Shown in pieces: positions 1-13,298 of a DNA stretch of 64,000 nt. How positions within the stretch are numbered: position 1 is the first letter of the stretch; every line of letters begins with the position of its first letter. The stretch is from NCBI GenBank assembly GCA_965153455.1, contig OZ234494.1:6820001-6884000 (forward strand), read 5' to 3'. Source of the DNA: Sphagnum compactum (Eukaryota). The notes under the pieces were generated by a model, which had not been told where the DNA came from, made no database searches, and worked only from the letters and a program-made list of their open reading frames with translations. The position numbers and the translations under genes are program-made.

Positions 1-619
1 ACATAGGCTCTCTGTTGTTGATCCCATTTGCCCATTTGGGTTGGAACCTGATTTTGCAGAGCAGGTCCATCCATTTCTCTATAGAACTGGAACATGCAAA
101 GGTGATCCTCCTTTTTTTGATATTTGCAATGAGCAATGTAAGGTATCAAGTGCAAGCAATTGACATCAACTGCAGCTTTACAGGCATAATAGTCTAACTT
201 TGTGGGTGAATTTTTGTCCTGGCTCCTGGAAACGCACAATGGTGCTTGTCATGTATTTATTGCAAAATATCATTTTGTGTACTTGTTAATTGTTGTTGAA
301 TCGCATTTGATTTATGTTATTTGTGTGCATGTTTTTATGTGTGTGATTTTGTGAGTTTCAATGTTGTTGGGCACCGATTAGTACCACATAAAATTATATG
401 CTTCCATTTGAATTTGAATGATCTATAAATCTGGTTCTCTAATAGAAAGAGTTTCTAGTTCCACACATAAATAGAGCACTATTTGAAGGTTGTACTTCAT
501 CCGTCGACTATTTTATTACTAGTACTAAAGAGAATCTCCATGGGATACCTTAAGTGGCTCTACTTCACTAATTTTTAGACCCTCTTGACAATCATGTTAT
601 GAAAAATGTTGTTTGAGAA

Positions 620-1950
620 AAACATTCACCAACAACCATGCAACAATAAGCATTATCACCTTGAAAATCACAATCACCATGGAGAGTTTGCCCTTCGAGA
701 CTGCCATCTTGTGAAGCTCTACAAGCTTTCTTCATTTCAAGATTCATGTGCAGGGAGGAGGGTCATCACACATGGCTAAGCTTTGGAAACAACAACTATT
801 CATTCAACTTGAAGAGAACCTTGAAGATGATAATGAGGAGGAGGGAGTTGTGGAACAATTTGCAAACTTTGGAAAACAAGAGGTGAAGGCATTGTAGCAA
901 CCAAGTGGGATTCTCAAAGGACTAGCCAAGAAAAAGGGAGCAAGGGCATGAGTGAATGTTTCTAGATGACTTAGTTCCTTTGCTAATGTACAATGAATTT
1001 TTTTACAAACATTAATATAGAATTTGTCACAATCATTTCATCACAATCTTGCAAGCTGTTTGTGAATATGACTTTTTTGGATTTGTTTTTAATCCAAGAG
1101 TGCATAGTTACAACTTGCATGCTTTCTTATGGGACAAAGGTTGACGTCGTAAAATATTGCCAACTTGTAGATAGTATGGCAATTTTTCGACCAAGGTGCC
1201 TAAAAGACCCCATGAAAGGTGAGAGCTCAATATTAATGCAAAGATGAACTTTCTAGGCATGTTTCCTCAATTGTATGCATTATAAATGGAAGATCTAGCC
1301 AAGTAGGTGGCAAAGGAAATTTCAAGACAAAGATTTAAAAATGTCCATAATTTTAAAAGAAATTGTGGACTAATCACTTTGAATAACATGGCACGCATTT
1401 TTTAAGTTCAAAATGGAAACAATGAATTAATGTTCTACATCAATCACCCATGATTGCAAACTTGCTAAATGGGGCATGTAGTGATTTGAGGTTTGAAATG
1501 AATTGCAACGTTTACCTTTCATATTATCTCTTGGTGGATGGTATCTATTTTATGTGGTCTTATTTTGTGTAAACCCTACATGAACCTCAAGATGAAAATA
1601 AAAAACATTTTGTAAATATTTTTAAAGTTCAAGAAAAGATGTAAAGAAATGTTTTTTGTGTCTTGCAATCCAAATTTGTTATCATTCAAAACCCATGCAA
1701 GTCATGGCAAATGGATGCAATTTATGAATTTGTGATTTGTTATGTGATTCTATATGACATGATTATTGAAAATGAGTGGGAGCAAAATGTGAAGCTTGCA
1801 TTAGTTGATGGATCAAAGAGGTTTGACCTTCCAAGCATAATATATGGAAAGCATTGAAGAATTAAAAAATTCACAAAATTCACTACAATTTGAGAGGTGA
1901 TTTGGTGAAACATTTAAAGGCCATGAAAGGCCTCAACATTGATTGAAATA
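620..1950 (+). pseudogene. Decayed PIF/Harbinger-type transposase (plant transposon DDE nuclease) remnant
   Basis: Broken frames give YYLLVDGIY..WSYFV.TLHEPQDE (about 1520-1600), then RKDVKKCFCVLQSKFVIIQNPCKSW..C..LYDMIIENE (about 1630-1780). This matches the DGIYP...RKDVERAFGVLQ...CIILHNMIVEDE pattern of Harbinger nucleases. Many stops and frameshifts; boundaries approximate. Confidence 0.7.
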
Positions 1951-2197
1951 AAATTATTGCAATTTCTTGTTTCCCACTTTCAATGTTGCTTGCATTGTTT
2001 CAATTTTATTTCATGTGTGCATGCCAAAAATGTCTATCAACACCTTTGTGCGAGTGCTTTAGAGTTTGTGAGGTTGTGAAGGTTGTAGGTTGAGGACATG
2101 CGCTCTTGATGTTATGTTCAAGCTTTGGAATTTGTGACTCATGAGGGTTGCAAGTTTAAGGCTCTAAAATAAATGTTGAAAATCAAAGAAAGTTCAA

Positions 2198-2317
2198 AGG
2201 TTGCAATTCAGAACACCAATTGCAAAGAATTTGGAGGTTGCACTCTAAAACATTAGTTGTGAAAAGTTTAGAGGTTACATCTTAGAACATCAATTGCAAG
2301 AAATTTGGAGGTTGCAG
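2198..2317. repeat. 37-bp minisatellite, about 3.3 copies
   Basis: AGGTTGCA...TTTGG units start at 2198, 2235, 2272 and 2309. Confidence 0.8.
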
Positions 2318-2459
2318 TGGAACCTATAAGAAAATTACTCAAAGAGCAAGGGGATCAAGATGTTCAAGTAGGGGATCAAAATAATCATGGTCATCATCAT
2401 CAATTGAAAACTAGAATTTGCAAGGATTTTGGTTGTGTGTATTAACATCATCATCATGT

Positions 2460-4830
2460 GAATCTCAGTTCTAAGGAGTTAAAAGTCCATCATTATTAGC
2501 AAAACATCCATACCTAGACCCAAGTCTATGTCAATTGATATACCTCAATCCTGAGCATAAAAACAAACAAGGTGAAGTTTGCCATGGTAAAGTCGGTGTT
2601 GGATATCGACATGCCCTTGGTTCACAATTGTTCGATAGTATGAAAGCTCACTCGATGGGGCTCCTTTGGCAAGGGCTCTCTCTTGCACAAGTCATGGCTC
2701 ATCATAAGGCATATGTGAGAGAAAAGGCTTTGAAAAATGAACCCATAACACAAAACACATTTGTTCTACCATCTGAAATCAAAATTTCATCAAGGAAAAG
2801 AATAGATGAATTATGGCAAAAACACCCCGAGGATCCTATGAGTGTGCTAATGTGGGTTATGGAGAACCCAAATTTAGTTTTCTATTATGTTGAGCATGCC
2901 CCAATGGATCTAAACTTGTCAAGCCAAGATGATACCCCATTCACACTTGGCATCTAAACCGCCTGGCAAGCAAAAATGATGACAAAGTTTGGACACAAGA
3001 ATTCAGTCTCTTTTTATGCAACATTTGGCACAAACCAAAGTCGAGTACATTTCATCCATTACTTTGTCTACAAGTTAAATTCCATATAAGTATAACCTAC
3101 TTGACCATTATTCCTGACACCACAATTTTGTGTTTTGTAATACCCCCTTTACACCATGATAGTGTTTGATGAGTGGCAAAATGGAATACTTGTCGCATTC
3201 ATTATCATTGGAAAAGCCTGGGAAATTGACCTTCACCATGTTTTGCATGCATTGTCCCCACATTTGCTAGAGGACTAAATGCCTAATGCTATAATTGTGG
3301 ACAACTTAGGCTAAAATAAATGTTCTTAAGTATGTGGACCTTCTCACAGAACATGTATCTCATGACGACAATGCAATTATTATGTCCATTGTAACCTCTT
3401 TTCAAGATGTTTTTCTAGTGGCCTAATTATCCTAATGGAAATCTTACAAATTGGTTTTTGCATGGACCACCCCATTTGTGAACAACATTTGTTACATTCC
3501 ATTTTCATTTCTATGTTCACATCATTTGAACACGTAAGTGAATGATGTTTGAATAACATTTAACCCTTTGTTTAATGTTCTGCATGCCTCTCTTGTCAAC
3601 TATAATGCAAGGTTTATTCTCATTGTTTGATATATATACTGCAGAAACATATGGGGTGGAGCCAAAATGTTTCTATGTTTGTGGCACGTGCGAAAAGCAT
3701 GGGCAGAGAATGTGATAAAAAAATTGCAATGCCAAAAGACCATGCTCTAGTTTTATCTGCTCTTGGTGAGATTATGTACTCTTATGGATGCCCTATTGAT
3801 ATTGATGCAATTCTATGGGTAGAACAACAAATTCACTTACTAGCAACAAGGTGCCCCAATGCTACCTGCTTCATGAAGTACCTTAAAAAACACTGGTTGC
3901 ATAAGGCAGCCATGTGGTGTATTGGAAACTGCAACATTCCACATGCAAGCCAAGACACCAATGCATCAACTGAATTTTACAACACAAACATTAAGCAGAT
4001 TTTGTTTTGTTCAAGAGAAAGATTAACTGGGCACATAATGAACTGGCTTATTTATCACCTTGTGGGAGATGTGCTAACACATTACTGGTACGACATTTAT
4101 TGCAAAATCTTTGGGTATGTTAGGAACAAAAAATAGGAAAGCATTGTGGCAAATGTTATGCTTCAAGTTCAAGATATACCTAATTACAACATTTTAATTT
4201 GTCTAGATAATGAGGACATTGCAATCGTTGCATCCATGAACCATAGACCCAAAGTGTGGACTATACATGCTCCAAATTCAAAGTGGCCACAATGCGACTG
4301 TCTTCATGTACAACAAAGGATTGTCTGTAAACATATCATGAAAGTGTTCAAAGTTCTACATCTAGATGTTCTTGATGGTGTAGTTGTTTATGATGTGGGT
4401 ACATACCATGGGGTGCGTTGACCAATTACAAACCCTTCAAGATGACGAAATGGTTTGGTTTTTGAAGAGCAAAACAAAGATGTGGTCTTACAACCAATTG
4501 AAATTATGGGGACCATTGAGATTTCAAATCAGTCCACCAAACCTGCAAATTTAGTTAACTGATTGATGAAGTGTTCACTTGTATTAAGAGCACTGCCACG
4601 GAATTCCCCACTTTGCAATTGCATTTGCTTTCAGACTTGAAGGTTTTGTGAGGTAAATAACAAGATTTGTTAGCAAGAAAAATTGCTGGAATTGAACACC
4701 CTAACTCTACACCATTGTTTTTAGTTGCTGATGGTGACAATTCATTGAAAAGGCATAGGATTGCTAGAAAGTTCTACTCCTAAAGGAAATCTTGCTAGGG
4801 ATAAAGCTAGAAAGTTTATCCACATATAGG
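2460..4830 (+). pseudogene. Decayed MULE (Mutator-like) transposase-derived gene with SWIM zinc finger
   Basis: ORF fragments 2535-2957, 3627-4136 and 4146-4421 are linked by stop-interrupted coding sequence: F.LGI*TAWQ.KMM.KFGHKNS..FYATFGTNQ, YPLYTMIVFDEWQNG, QDTNASTE.Y..NIK, and the SWIM motif QCDC-x7-CKH. Several premature stops. Confidence 0.75.
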
Positions 4831-6615
4831 TGTATTTGGGTGAACCACATTATGAAATCTTGTGATTGATTAATAATTAGGATGTGTTACTACTGTGTAT
4901 TAGGACTTTTTCAAATTTTCATTGTTTGCAAAAAATTTCACACAATTTTTGCACTTTGTACCCATTGAAATCTCCATCACTTCCATTTTCTATACATATT
5001 TAACAGAAACAGGACTTCATAAAACAAGGAACCTTAGACTTCTAGGTTTCTGTTGTGAATGCCTTGGGTGTGAAGTGGCCATCCCTTCAATTTGTTTCCT
5101 TAAGATGTCAATATTTCCCTCCCATGAATTTTTTTGTTTTTATGGTCTAGAGTTTGCATCAGACTTATCCCACCTCTGCCCTATTCTTGGTTTCCGGTAG
5201 AAGTCCCTGAACCATTCAAAATAATGTAGGATGCAAATAATTACTGAGTGTTGTTTCATAGATATTAAAGGTTTTGTAGATTGGAACAAGTCTATATGGC
5301 AAAATAGGTTTCATCATAACATGTTATAACTTGAATTTTGTTGAAATCTATTGTGATTTAGACTATTATTTTTCTCTAGTCACACATTTTGAGCAATATT
5401 TGTTTCTTGGTTTAAGAGCATTCAAGCACAGCTAGACCCTAATAAACATGTTCTTGTTTTGGTGTTAGGAAAAAACATGCAAATTCAAATATGAGTTTCA
5501 TCTTGTATTTTTAAATTTGTATTCTAGGATTCTTTGAAGGTCAAAGAGGAAAGCCTGATATGGGGAGTTAGAAATTATGAAACTTGAACCTTATATTGTT
5601 AGTGTGCGAAGATTGCAAGATCAGTCTTCCAATGATCTTTTCTATGCATTTACATGTATGTAATCAATGTTAATAAACAAATGTTTTATTAATTTATTGC
5701 CTTCTATGTTGTAGGCAACCAAAACCCATAAACACTATGCACTAAGGTGCACAGAACATTGCAATCCAGAACTTCACCTGTTTCATTTCATCACAAGATA
5801 GAAAACCATAGAACACCTACTTCCACTAGAATATTGTCCACATTAGGTTTGCATGTCCTTCTAAAGTGGTGAAAATTGCATGTTCCATTTACATCACATA
5901 GTCCAATAGAAAAATATGTACACATCATAACTTAACATGTTTCATTTCATCACATGTCCTACTGAAAAATGCATGTTCCACTCTCATGATGTAGTCTAAT
6001 AGAAAACCAGGTTTAAGGTTTAGACCTTCTGCCTACTTGCAAAAAACAAAATAATAGTTGGCTTACCATGTCAAGGGGGTTTGAGGAGCACTCTAGGATT
6101 TTGTACTTGATCCACTTCCGTAATATACAAACCCTAGTGATGACATTCTTCATTTTGCACATTAAAATTCTTTAAAATTCTTCATTTAGCACCTTTTAAA
6201 AACATTCTTCGGCGCGAATTTTAACGAATTTTAACGAATTTTCGTGCTTTTTTGGGCTTCCATAACATTCCCGCACCAAGAATGTCATAACTATAATACA
6301 AACTTCCTAGGTCTACTACGTTTAGGAGCTTAAACATTTCCAGACGTGGATGTGTCTAAACCTACACTCTCCTTCGACTCTTCCAAATTGATCACGCATT
6401 TAGTGCATCCAATTATAGATGCCTCGATAGTCTCTTTAATTGCTTCCACTAGTGTACAACAAGCTTGAATTGTTTGATCCCTCGAGAAGCTATTGGGGGT
6501 CACCTGTAACCAATAGAACCCATAATGAAAGATGTAAATATGACATATTAGACATACAAATCTTGAAGCTTAGGTTTCTGAGTTTAGATAAACACACCAT
6601 GGTGGGAGATACATT

Positions 6616-7344
6616 ATGCATGTTCATGCAATCGTAAAAGTGAGTAATGAATTTTATGACATAAAATTCGCACTCCCAATCAAATTCCTATTGTGCTCCA
6701 TGAACGCAATGCCAACTATTCTTTATTGCAATTTGCTTCCAATCTTCTATGCCTGTCAATTTTCCTTAGATGGCAACCCAAACCTTTGCTGGGAACCGAT
6801 GTACTGCGGTTGATTGAAATAGGTTTGTAGAACTCAAAAGGTCATAATGAATCAAATTTTCATTACTCATAACAACAACACTCCAATGGTTGGCATCTTG
6901 TAATGGAACTACAACTTCACTAACATTGGTAGGCACATGGAAATTTTTTTTCAAAAAATTGAAAACACTCTTTTGGGACTTGCCATTATGTTTTGTCCAG
7001 TTTTTGACAATTTCCCAATAATGTGGGTGTGTTATGTATGTCGCCTTGTTTGTGAGGTGGGTATGCATATACCAAAGCTTAAAAATGTCCATGGCATTTG
7101 TAGACAAAAAGCCACTTTCGTTGTCCAATAGTTTAATATATGCATCGAGTTTGAGTGTCAAATAATCACCACCCAAACTGAAAGATAAAGCAGAATTTTT
7201 CATCCCACCTTTGTTCCCAATGAAGGTTTGAACCACTGTCACCAACCTGCTAACACATGCCGACATAAGCATTATTAGCTGTTCTAGGTAAAATAGAATG
7301 CAGAACATTACATGACTAAACATACACAATAGGGCATAAAACAT
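6616..7344 (-). pseudogene. Ulp1/C48-like cysteine protease fragment, probably transposon-borne
   Basis: VVVPLQDANHWSVVVM...IHYD (catalytic His and Asp). Read through two in-frame stops, it continues to AQ*EFDWECEFYV (oxyanion Gln plus Cys at 6670-6672, compare QQ-x3-DCG.F). Confidence 0.65.
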
Positions 7345-7834
7345 GTATTTGTCATCTTCACCACTTGAGATTTAATGATGCATATGGTTTGCACTGTTTT
7401 TTAACTTGTATTGTATATGTTGTTGCGCATTAACCTCATCAGTACTAGTGGAAGAACATATTACACTTGGATTGTTATCCTAAATAGTAGCATTGAGGTT
7501 TGGTATTGGCCATAGATGGCTTTGAAACAACTGGCCTGGAGGTCGCAATCCTAAAGAAAAACAATGCATCCTCTTGAACCCAATAAAGGCTACAAAAATG
7601 GATGATGACACGAATGGTGTTACTGGGCTTGGGTTGTTTACATATGCTTGTAAATTAATATCCAGCACAGGTTTTAGGTCTTGGATAGGAGTAACTTCTG
7701 TTGATGTTTTGTGAAACAATTGCAATGCTAGAGACTGATTAGTGTTGTGCTCCAAATTGTGTACATGTTTGGAGTAAAGTTCATGAAGGAGGGACTAAAG
7801 TCTTGAAACTACTTGGTTCATGAGACACAATAAT

Positions 7835-8654
7835 TGTCGCAACCCCACTTTGTCCAAGTGTGGGGGTGAAGCCCAACACTTGGAAAAGTTGGAGGTTTGG
7901 AGTCCTCCGGGACTCCCGAATGTTTAGAGCTCGACAGCAAGGCCCAAAACACCTCGCATTGAGGTGTTCTTGGTGTCATTGGAAAGGTCTTGAAACGTAG
8001 ATATCGAAAATGGCCTCGCATTGGTCATTTGGGCTTTTGCAGCCCAAGTTATGGGCAAAAGAATGGCCGGGAGTCAAATTGGCAGTTTGACTCCCGACCA
8101 CTAAAAGTCAGGAATCGACCTCTTCCCGACATCCGATTTGAGAGTGCGACATGGCGTTGGAAAGATCTCAACGAGGGCTACAACTTTGGTGTAGACCGCG
8201 TCACGATTGGACTCTGCAGTCGGGAGTTATGGCCATTCAAAGTTCCGGGAGTCCAGCCGGGACAATTTCGGGACTCCATTTCGGGAGTCCCAACAAAATG
8301 TGCCATTTGGATGTAGCCTCCACGGCGAGCTGCAGAGATAACTATATGGGGGAAGGTGGTGGCTTCCCCCGAGTCCGGGCCATGGTGAGTCTTGTGTGTC
8401 CAAGTGCCCGTGGCTTGTCCCAACACCCAAGGGTGTCCCGAATGCTAAACTAACCTCTCGTGGTTGGTTTTTGGATGCAGATTCACACAAGCTAAGCTAG
8501 TCCCTCTTCCTAGTCTAATCCCTGGGCTCCCAAGTCGACCCTTTACCCCTTTCTAGAGTTGGAAGCCGGGAGCGTGCCCTTCGGTCCCAACTTTCCGCAA
8601 CTTCACCTTGGTGAACCCTCAAGTGGGTTCACCTCGAAACCAAGGAGCGCGTCA
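7835..8654. mobile_element. Solo LTR (820 bp) of an LTR retrotransposon
   Basis: Starts TGTCGC and ends GCGTCA (TG...CA with short inverted ends). Perfect 5-bp TSD ATAAT at 7830-7834 and 8655-8659. GC-rich relative to the flanks. Confidence 0.9.
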
Positions 8655-8659
8655 ATAAT

Positions 8660-11060
8660 GCCTCCCCTATTGCAAAAAACTTCATAAGAATGTTAGTTGC
8701 TAGAAATCGATTTTAAACTATTCACTATAAAACAAATAAGTTAAAAGAGGACAAAAACATAATTGACCAACAATCATGTTGTTTTCCAGTATTGAAGTTG
8801 CAACCATGGCTTGGACATTGTTTTGTTCAATAGGATCACACGACCTAACTTGGAGGACAACACCTAGACATGGTAATCCAAATAATCTATTAGTTGATGT
8901 GTACATTTCTTTTGCTTCCATGAAAAGATAAGTCATTTTCTACGTCGGGTTTGCCAAGGAAAACCCAACTGAGATCTATTTCCTCCCTCAAAAGCAATGC
9001 ACCAGTAAGCACATGTTTCATGACATATAGATGGAACAAAAACATATCTGGAACATAACAGAACATTTTCATGGAACAGAATCAAATATGGAACATAACA
9101 TAACATTTACATGGAATAGAATCAAATTTAGAACATAACATAACATTTACATGGAACATAATCAAATCTAGAACAGTACATAACATTTACATGGAACAGA
9201 ATAGAACTAAAGACAAGGAAGTGTTGTACCTGGTGTAGAGGGGGTTGTCATGAGGCCCTACTATAGGACTACACCACATAGCCTCCAACTCCTTTGTCAT
9301 TCCCTAACATCTTAAATCAAAAATCGCTCTATGAACAATTTTGGACAAAAAGCTAATGATCTTTTTAAGAACTTCAATTTGTAGGTTAGATTCAAATTTC
9401 AATAGACCCAACAAATCCATTCGACATTGAACCACTGCTTCATTGCAGTCCTCAATTCTAGGAAACCAAATAAATTCAAAATCCAACACGTCTTGGACAG
9501 CAATGGTTAGCCATACACTATGCCCTTGCTCTCGACAATAATGGAGGATCGTGCGAGGGTTCAATCCCTTGTTGGCATCAGCCAACGAGTGTAGCCTCCC
9601 AAATGTATTTCGGCAAAAAATCTTGAATGCTTTTATTATGTGCGGGCACTCTTTCTGCAATGAAAAAGGATGAGATTCCTTTTCTAGTTCTACAAGGATG
9701 TTCTACAACTCATGTGGGGTGTGCTCCCATGGGCATTGAGGACCAACTTGTAGAGGATGCTGCTTTAGGGGTCAATACATGGGCGACCATCCCCACTTTG
9801 TTCTTTCTTCAACAACTTGAATTTGTTTGTCAAATTAGTGTAATTGGTGTAAGACATAATCTTCTTTTTTCTTTTAGACGGTTTCCATAGCCTCCGACTT
9901 CTTAACATCATACTCCTTCTTCAACCTCAAGTATTGCACGTACTTTCATAAGAATTTCATCTCCGCAAAATGCAACATGGTTGAGTCCCTACCTTATTCT
10001 AATTTCCATGCATGTAGGGATTATTTGACGACCTTAGAAATGTAGTATGTCCTTTCAATCCCACCACTAGTCTACAAGAAGAAATGAGAATTAGTAAAAA
10101 ATCAATGAAAAAAAAAGACAAACATGAAGAAAACAAGTACTTAGGTACGAAAAATGTACTTACTAGTGGAAATAGGTACCATTGCCTGAATGCAAACACA
10201 AGTGCACTGCCCAATGTGCCATTTGCTTCCATCCTGATGAAAAGAGACATTGTCTCTTTAGGATCTTCTAGAATTGTTCTACTCATGATAGTCTCTGTTT
10301 TAGACAATAAAACATAAAGCCCTCTCAACTTAACTTATGATGGGGTTGTAGGCAGCTCGCAAAAGCTCTCCACTATGAAAGTCTCAGCATGGGCTCTTAC
10401 CTTTCTTCAATGTCAACTTTGGTTTGATGAGCTGCAGCCCTTATTGGCAAGGCAATTGGTGTTGGGAACAAGGATAAATATGCATCAGCCATGTTCCTTT
10501 CACTGATAGGTTTGGGCTTTGTAATTGGAGGCCTTTTTTGTATGTTGTTTGGGGCCTTTTGTTGCATCTTCCCAACCTCTGCAAAAATGGCCAATGATGC
10601 GTATTATAATTCCATACTTTTGATAAGAAATTTTGGCCAAATTCAAGGCATGACACATGCAGAACAACTACACTATAGAAATCCAAGATAAAAACCAAAA
10701 CCAAAATCTAAAAGACTATACACCTAGACAACCACATAACATAAAAAACATGGCACTCCATAAATGCCCTAGGTATAATGTGGTAATGTGTACTTGCTTG
10801 CACTTTGAATTGGTCTTGATGAAAAATCATGATCACTACTTAGGTCAAGAACCACTATATGCTTAGGAGTTCTAGCCTTTGGAGGAGGCATACTAGTTGC
10901 TTCCCCTTGTTTAGATGAAAATGTAGCCTTCTTGGACGAGTTTTCTGCTTCATCTACACTTGTGCGCTTAGATTTCCCAGGCAAACTCTTCCCAAACTTC
11001 TTCCCCAATTGTGTGAATTCTTTTGCTTCAGCTTTCATCCATGCGGGGTACACCTCATGT
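8660..11060 (-). mobile_element. Further decayed coding remnants, probably the 5' part of the Ulp1-carrying element
   Basis: Stop-broken coding-like segments on the same strand as the Ulp1 fragment (for example 9304-9660 and 10769-11053). No motif recognised. Confidence 0.35.
9031..9205. repeat. 40-bp minisatellite, about 4.3 copies
   Basis: ATGGAACAGAATCAAAT.TGGAACATAACATAACATTTAC units start at 9031, 9071, 9111, 9151 and 9191. Confidence 0.9.
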
Positions 11061-11797
11061 GCAAAATAGTTTGTGTGAAAGTAGCTTTGCGCTCCATGAA
11101 AACTGTTATCACATCTAACTGATGTTCCACAAAACCCTATTTTGCAAACCTCATCTAGATATCAGCTATTTTTTAGTAAATTTTCAAATTTGTTCCTATG
11201 TCCTACAATTTGTGCCCTTGCCATTAGCCCAGGCCAAAAATGGTGACAAAGAATATTGGAAATAAAAGTTTCATTGCAAGTAATGAAAAGGTTCCTCATA
11301 CACTCAGGATGGGCCCAATTTTTTTTGGGGCTGAGAGGGGGTGGAGGGACTTTTTGCTTTTTTCCTTGTTCCCATCATATTCTCATAGGGTTCTTCAAGT
11401 TCCCAAATTGTTCCCCCAAGACATTCCCAATAACACCTCAGTTTTATCCCATATAGTTTGCCAAAGTTCAAGTCCCACGTATATGAACTGAAAGGGTGCA
11501 TCTCAGTGAAGCGCAGTTGTTTTTATTTGAGACTTGGGGTCCAAAGAGGTGCTTCTGTTGGGGAGAGCCCAAATGTGTTTCAAAAGCATTGATGATGGGC
11601 CAATCAATATGGCTCTTTCCAAAACTGAAAATAAATAAATATGTGAGTGCACCCATGAACTAATTAAATATGAATGACACTTATGGAGCCATCAGGTGAT
11701 TTCGTCTTTATTAAATGTCTCTTAAAATTCTAGTGTAGTGGTAACTACACCCAATTTAGGTCAAAATCTGACAACTCTTCGTCCCTGAAAAAGACAT

Positions 11798-12167
11798 GAG
11801 GTTACAAGTGCGTTCAAAGGCTTCTAAAAAAATGCCATACTCAATGTATGTAGAGCAAAACATAATTTCAAAACGTGTGTGAAATGAAGTTTTTAAAAAT
11901 TAATGAAATACTAAACAATGGATTGGTGAACTGGCCAAAGAATTACAATATAATTTACGTTCAAATTTTTTATTGGCAACTTTTTCTCACTTTAAAAAAA
12001 AAAAAGGTTACAAGAACCTTCAAAGGCTTCTAGAAGAATGCCATACTCAATGTACTTAGAATATATAAATAACTTCAAAATGAGTGTGAAATGACGTCTT
12101 TGCAAATTAATGAAATATTCAACAATGGATTGTTGAACCGGCCGAAGTATTACAATGTATAATTTAC
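11798..12167. repeat. Local direct duplication of about 160 bp
   Basis: AGGTTACAAG...TTCAAAGGCTTCTA..AATGCCATACTCAATGTA...AACAATGGATTG...TATAATTTAC occurs at about 11798-11958 and 12005-12167. Confidence 0.75.
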
Positions 12168-13298
12168 ACTCAAATCCCATACTTGTATTTGAAGTGGTTG
12201 AGAGTAGTACCTTGTGTGGTTCCACAAAGCATGGGGCATGGTGACCATGAAGAAGCCCATTTGTTTCAATCATCTAAAGGATTGGTCCAATTCTTGATGA
12301 AAGAAAAAATACTACTTATGGTGTGCAAAAGGTGGAGGAGGGGCGATAAATATACTTTGATTATAAAAAAGAAAAAAACTTTAGTTCAAGTAATTGAATA
12401 ATTGGATTAGAGCTATAGAACTTGAATAAAATGATGTCAAAACTTTGGTGTAGGAGTGATTCACAGATTAATGTTTGAGTCATGGCTCATGTAATGGTTT
12501 GAGTTGGTCATTTTTTCTCTCAGGTCTAGTTAATTGTCAATTCGATATAGAGTTCAAATTTAAATAACTAGTTTTTCCCCTTTTAGTGAAATGGAACTAT
12601 CTTCACAATTTTTTATATTAAAAAGTGTTATGTTGATGAATTGTCACTTGCAAATGTTTGTAGACTAACTACAACCATAGTCAATATGATCTATGAGATT
12701 AGTTTTTTGTTCAACTAATCTCATAGACATTGATTGCTATGATAGTTATAACAACAGTATTAGAAGGCTTGACATCATTCGATGTCAATAAATGAGAATT
12801 TTGTGAAACTTTTTTACATGCAAATTTCAGTAGTCTAATTCTAACCTGTCGTATGCATTTGGACTTATCACAACATCACTATGCAAGGGCATCAAGTCAT
12901 ATGCTTGTGGAGGTATCATAGAATTTTGTTTAGTGATGTTGTTTTTTTTGGATGTGCAAACTTCTTTAACAATTAAAAACCTTGACAAATTGTTTGCTAA
13001 TTCAAAGAACCAATTTATAACCTTGTTGAGTTAGAAATTAGAGAACTGATGCATATAACCACTAGATTTCTAGCTCATATAGGTAGAAAGTTCAATTCTA
13101 ATCCATTTAAAAGTCGCCAAAATAATGGTAATGATATCATATCAAAAAATGTTATTTGGGGGATTGTTATATGTCAACTTATATTTTTCTTACACAATTC
13201 ATTTGTAAGGTAATTTAATCTTTATGATCACCTACATGGAAAGCCCATTCATGCTTCACATAAGGCATTATTACTTGTTGGGAATTAAGAATTGTGGC

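Noticed and set aside
7818-8490. Overlapping ORFs of 67-108 aa
   Set aside because: All lie within the GC-rich solo LTR and show no protein motif.
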